Source: Candidatus Parcubacteria bacterium (GTDB lineage: Bacteria; Patescibacteriota; Minisyncoccia; Phycocordibacterales; UBA5272). From it: a stretch of 64,000 bases of DNA. The stretch spans positions 76,574-140,573 of the forward strand of contig JBDKJD010000002.1 in NCBI GenBank assembly GCA_039796775.1, read 5' to 3'. Shown piece after piece: positions 60,896 through 64,000 of the stretch. The translations under genes and the position numbers were made by a program. The number at the start of each line of letters is the position of its first letter. The first letter of the stretch is position 1. The notes below the pieces were generated by a model. The model was not told the DNA's origin. It made no database searches and saw nothing but the letters and a program-made list of their open reading frames with translations.

Positions 60896-61131
60896 CTTGT
60901 GAATTTCATAGAGGACTTTATGTTCTCAACAGTGGAAAGGGGAAAGGTGTCAGGCGCGAAAGGCCTAGACTTTGGAGGTCAACACACGCTCGGAACGTTG
61001 CACTAGGACGCTATGGCATGCCTTGCGTTAGCCGGCAAGACCCCCACCTTTGGATAACGTTGCGCGTCAGCGCATCCTTCCCCCGACCTTACTCGAATTA
61101 CAATATTCGAGTCCTCTATGAAATTCACAAG
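60896..61131 (+). other. ~235-nt hairpin insertion (intervening-sequence-like) at the 23S helix-45 position
   Basis: 21-nt perfectly complementary flanks cttgtgaatttcatagaggac / gtcctctatgaaattcacaag enclosing 194 nt. Confidence 0.55.
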
Positions 61132-61721
61132 CGGTAGGAGAGTGTTCCACTCTGCGCTGAAGCGGAAGGGGTAACCCACCGTGGAGCGTGTGGAAGTACG
61201 AATGTTGGCACAAGTAACCGCAAGGCAGGTGAGATCCCTGCCCGCCGAAAGAATAAGGTTTCCTTTCCAATGATTGTCAGGGAAGGGTTAGTCGGGCCTA
61301 AGCTGATGGCAAACGCCGGAAGCGATGGACATAAGGTTAATATTCCTTAACTCGGTAGTAATGTGATGGGATGACGCAGGGTTGTATGTAAAGCGTATTA
61401 TTGGATTTACGTTTATGGCATGAGGAGCTTGTACAGGGAAATCCGTACGAGAATACTCCAAGTGTTGTATGAAGATGAGAGGCAACTCGATTCAACTTTA
61501 CAAAGCATGCTGCCAAGAAAAGTCTCTACATTCTGTGAATACAGAACGTCTACATATGCTTTGCTTGCAAGGTATATGTGGATGCTTAAGTTACTATTGA
61601 TCCGTACCGCAAACCGACACAGGTATTCAAGTCGAGTAGACTAAGGCGAACGAGTGATTTCTCCCTAAGGAACTAGGCAAAAAAGCGATCGTAAGTTAGC
61701 GATAAGATCTGCCTCCACCAC

Positions 61722-62001
61722 TTTGTTTTCAAAACAAGCTTACAAAATTACTTCATCTACTTCGTTGAAGCAAATTTTTTCTTCCGCAATGTACGTCTAG
61801 TACATTTTGGTCGCAAAATTTGCTCCGCCTCGTAGCTAAAGCAATTTTCTAACCTTGTAATACTGAAAGCATTTAGTGTTGGTTCTAGGAAATTAGATGA
61901 ATTGAGACAAACGTAACTATCATAGAGCTATGATAGTTACACAAATGTGAGTAAGTGTGATGGAAATAATTTCCTACGATCAAAACTACTTTGAAAATAA
62001 A
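61722..62001 (+). other. ~280-nt expansion/intervening sequence in a domain IV variable helix (helix 63 region)
   Basis: Flanked by complementary gcctccaccac / gtggtggaggc; absent from the E. coli-type sequence. Confidence 0.5.
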
Positions 62002-62158
62002 GTGGTGGAGGCCGCAGCGAAAGTTTCCCTAGCGACTGTTTACCAAAAACACAGCTTCCTGCGAACACGTAAGTGGATGTATAGGAGGTGACGCCTGACC
62101 AATGCGGGAAGGTCAAATATCGGCGGTTCTTCGGAGCTGGATGATATAAGCCCCCGTC

Positions 62159-62389
<231 letters not shown>

Positions 62390-63054
62390 AGCGAAATTCC
62401 TTGTCTGGTAAGTTCAGACGTGCACGAATGGCGTAACGACTGGGGAACTGTCTCAGGGAGTAGCTCGGTGAAAATACAGTGGGGGTGAAGATGCCCCCTT
62501 CCTGCAGATAGACGAAAAGACCCCGTGAGCTTTACTCCAGCTTGGTATTGCAAATGTTCAATTACTGCGTAGTGTAGTGGTGAGAGGTTTGATGTTCATG
62601 ATTTCGGTTGTGATCTACTCGTCAATGAAACAGCCATCTTTAATTGGGCATTTGCTAACGTGTACGGACAAAACGTACGCAGACAGTATCTGGCGGGGAG
62701 TTTAACTGGGGCGGTTTCCTCCCAAAAGGTAACGGAGGAGTACATTAAGATCATCTAGGCGCGAATGGAAACCGTGCCGATAGCGCAAGGGCATATGATG
62801 GTTTGACTGTAAGACGGGCATGTCGAGCAGACGCGAAAGCGGGTCCTAGTGAACCTACTCTTGGCTTTAGACACCGGAGCAGATTAACGGATAGAAGCTA
62901 CCACGGGGATAACAGGCTAGTTGTGCCCAAGAGTTCATATCGACGGCACAGTTCGGCACCTCGATGTCGGCTCATCTTATCCTGGTGGTGAAGAAGCTAC
63001 CAAGGGTTTGGCTGTTCGCCAATTAAAAAGATACGTGAGCTGGGTTCAAACCGT

Positions 63055-63570
63055 AGGGGGTTCAAGCTTTTAGCAATTAGCTTTTAGCTTTTAGCAAATA
63101 CAATTTTGTGTTTTCTAAAGGCTAACGGCTAAAAGCCAATAGCTTGAGTCTCCTTAGTTTGAACCCGAGGTGATGAGACTCAACTCATCAAAAAAGACAT
63201 TGATCACGGCGGTTATATACAGTGATGTATATGAACAAGCTGACTAATATCGGTGAAATCCTTTTCTAAACAATGTGATAAGAAAGGACAACACCGAGGG
63301 AAGCAAAATAGATGATAGGCAGTAGATTATGGACAATAGAAATGCATTCTGTATTTTCTTATGTCTATTGTCTCATGTCTTTTCTTTAGTAATTTTGTAC
63401 CCGTAGAGACTACACGTCAGCGAGCTAGTTCTGGTTATGGTATTTAGTATTAGTATTTTAACTAGTAACTATTAACTATTAACTAACAACTAGTTCAAGC
63501 TATAGTCCGATCCCTCTAGTAATAGAGGTTCATGAGTATTGAAACCACATCATGATGTAAAACAGAAATG
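63055..63570 (+). mobile_element. 516-nt group-I-intron-like insertion at 23S position L2593 (GGGTTCAAACCGT|CGTGAGACAG), no homing-endonuclease ORF; contains mini-repeats
   Basis: Interrupts the conserved PTC sequence; U at the 5' exon end and G at the intron end; restores an E. coli-like junction when removed. Confidence 0.55.
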
Positions 63571-63623
63571 CGTGAGACAGGTTGGTTTCCTATCTTCTGC
63601 AGGCGTTCGAATATTGAGAAGAT

Positions 63624-63654
<31 letters not shown>

Positions 63655-64000
63655 TAACCTCTGGTGTATGGGCTCTAGCGCCAGCTGGACCGCCCAGTAG
63701 CTATGTTGGGAATGGATAAGTTCTGAAAGCATCTAAGAACGAAGCCAACTTCAAGATAAGTATTCGTTTGAGGGTCGTAAGAGATGATTACGTTGATAGG
63801 AGCTAGATGTACGCACAGCAATGTGTTTAGTCAAGGCTTACTAATTACCCGAAGTCCTATTAGGAAACATGATTATCACTGATAATTGTGTCTCTACAAG
63901 TCTATGTAGAGAAAAATGTGTTGCTTTCATGTGGTGCGGAAAATAGATAAGTAGACAACAGACATATAGACAGCAGGTAATGCAAATGCATTTTCTGATG

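Overview
This is a low-GC (~38-40%) bacterial window that looks like a reduced Patescibacteria/CPR-type genome. The following are inferred from the translations and sequence features, not from searches.

The backbone is a ribosomal-protein superoperon: str (rpsL, rpsG, fusA, tuf), S10 (rpsJ to rpsQ), spc (rplN to rplO, secY, adk, map), and further downstream rplJ-rplL. The expected order is broken repeatedly by inserted accessory genes:
- S12 | ~4 kb insertion holding an EEP nuclease and hypotheticals | S7 | a DEDD exonuclease | EF-G | ~3.3 kb | EF-Tu.
- L24 | P-loop-CYTH gene + NrdR-like gene + membrane protein | L5 | GC-rich island + surface protein | S14.
- adk | RelE/ParE toxin-antitoxin pair | map.
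L29 and L30 are missing from their usual positions.

Other genes:
- DNA-metabolism genes: a partial dinB, rnhA, a split ComEC, an alkyltransferase-like (ATL) protein, recA, ftsK, efp, and a 903-aa HerA/TraG-like ATPase.
- Three paralogous secreted proteins with a Cys-bracketed peptidoglycan-binding domain; one is a 1000-aa Thr/Ser-rich putative surface-layer protein with strong codon bias.
- An L,D-transpeptidase, yvcK and an M50 protease.

RNA features:
- A promoter/terminator-bounded structured GC-rich ~325-nt ncRNA downstream of rplL, possibly a divergent RNase P RNA.
- The 3' part of the window is a 23S rRNA gene with no 16S gene upstream. It carries two ORF-less group-I-intron-like insertions (L1931 and L2593) and three helix expansions or intervening sequences.

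Recurring elements:
- Stop-codon-rich tandem mini-repeats (TTAGC / TAATGGC / TAGTTACTGG / TAACTAA) at gene boundaries and even inside the rRNA.
- A heptanucleotide (TAATGTC)12 microsatellite.
- Terminator hairpins that share GUAG or UUCG tetraloops.
- A shared promoter form TTGCG(T/C)-N17-TA(G/A)(T/G)AT.
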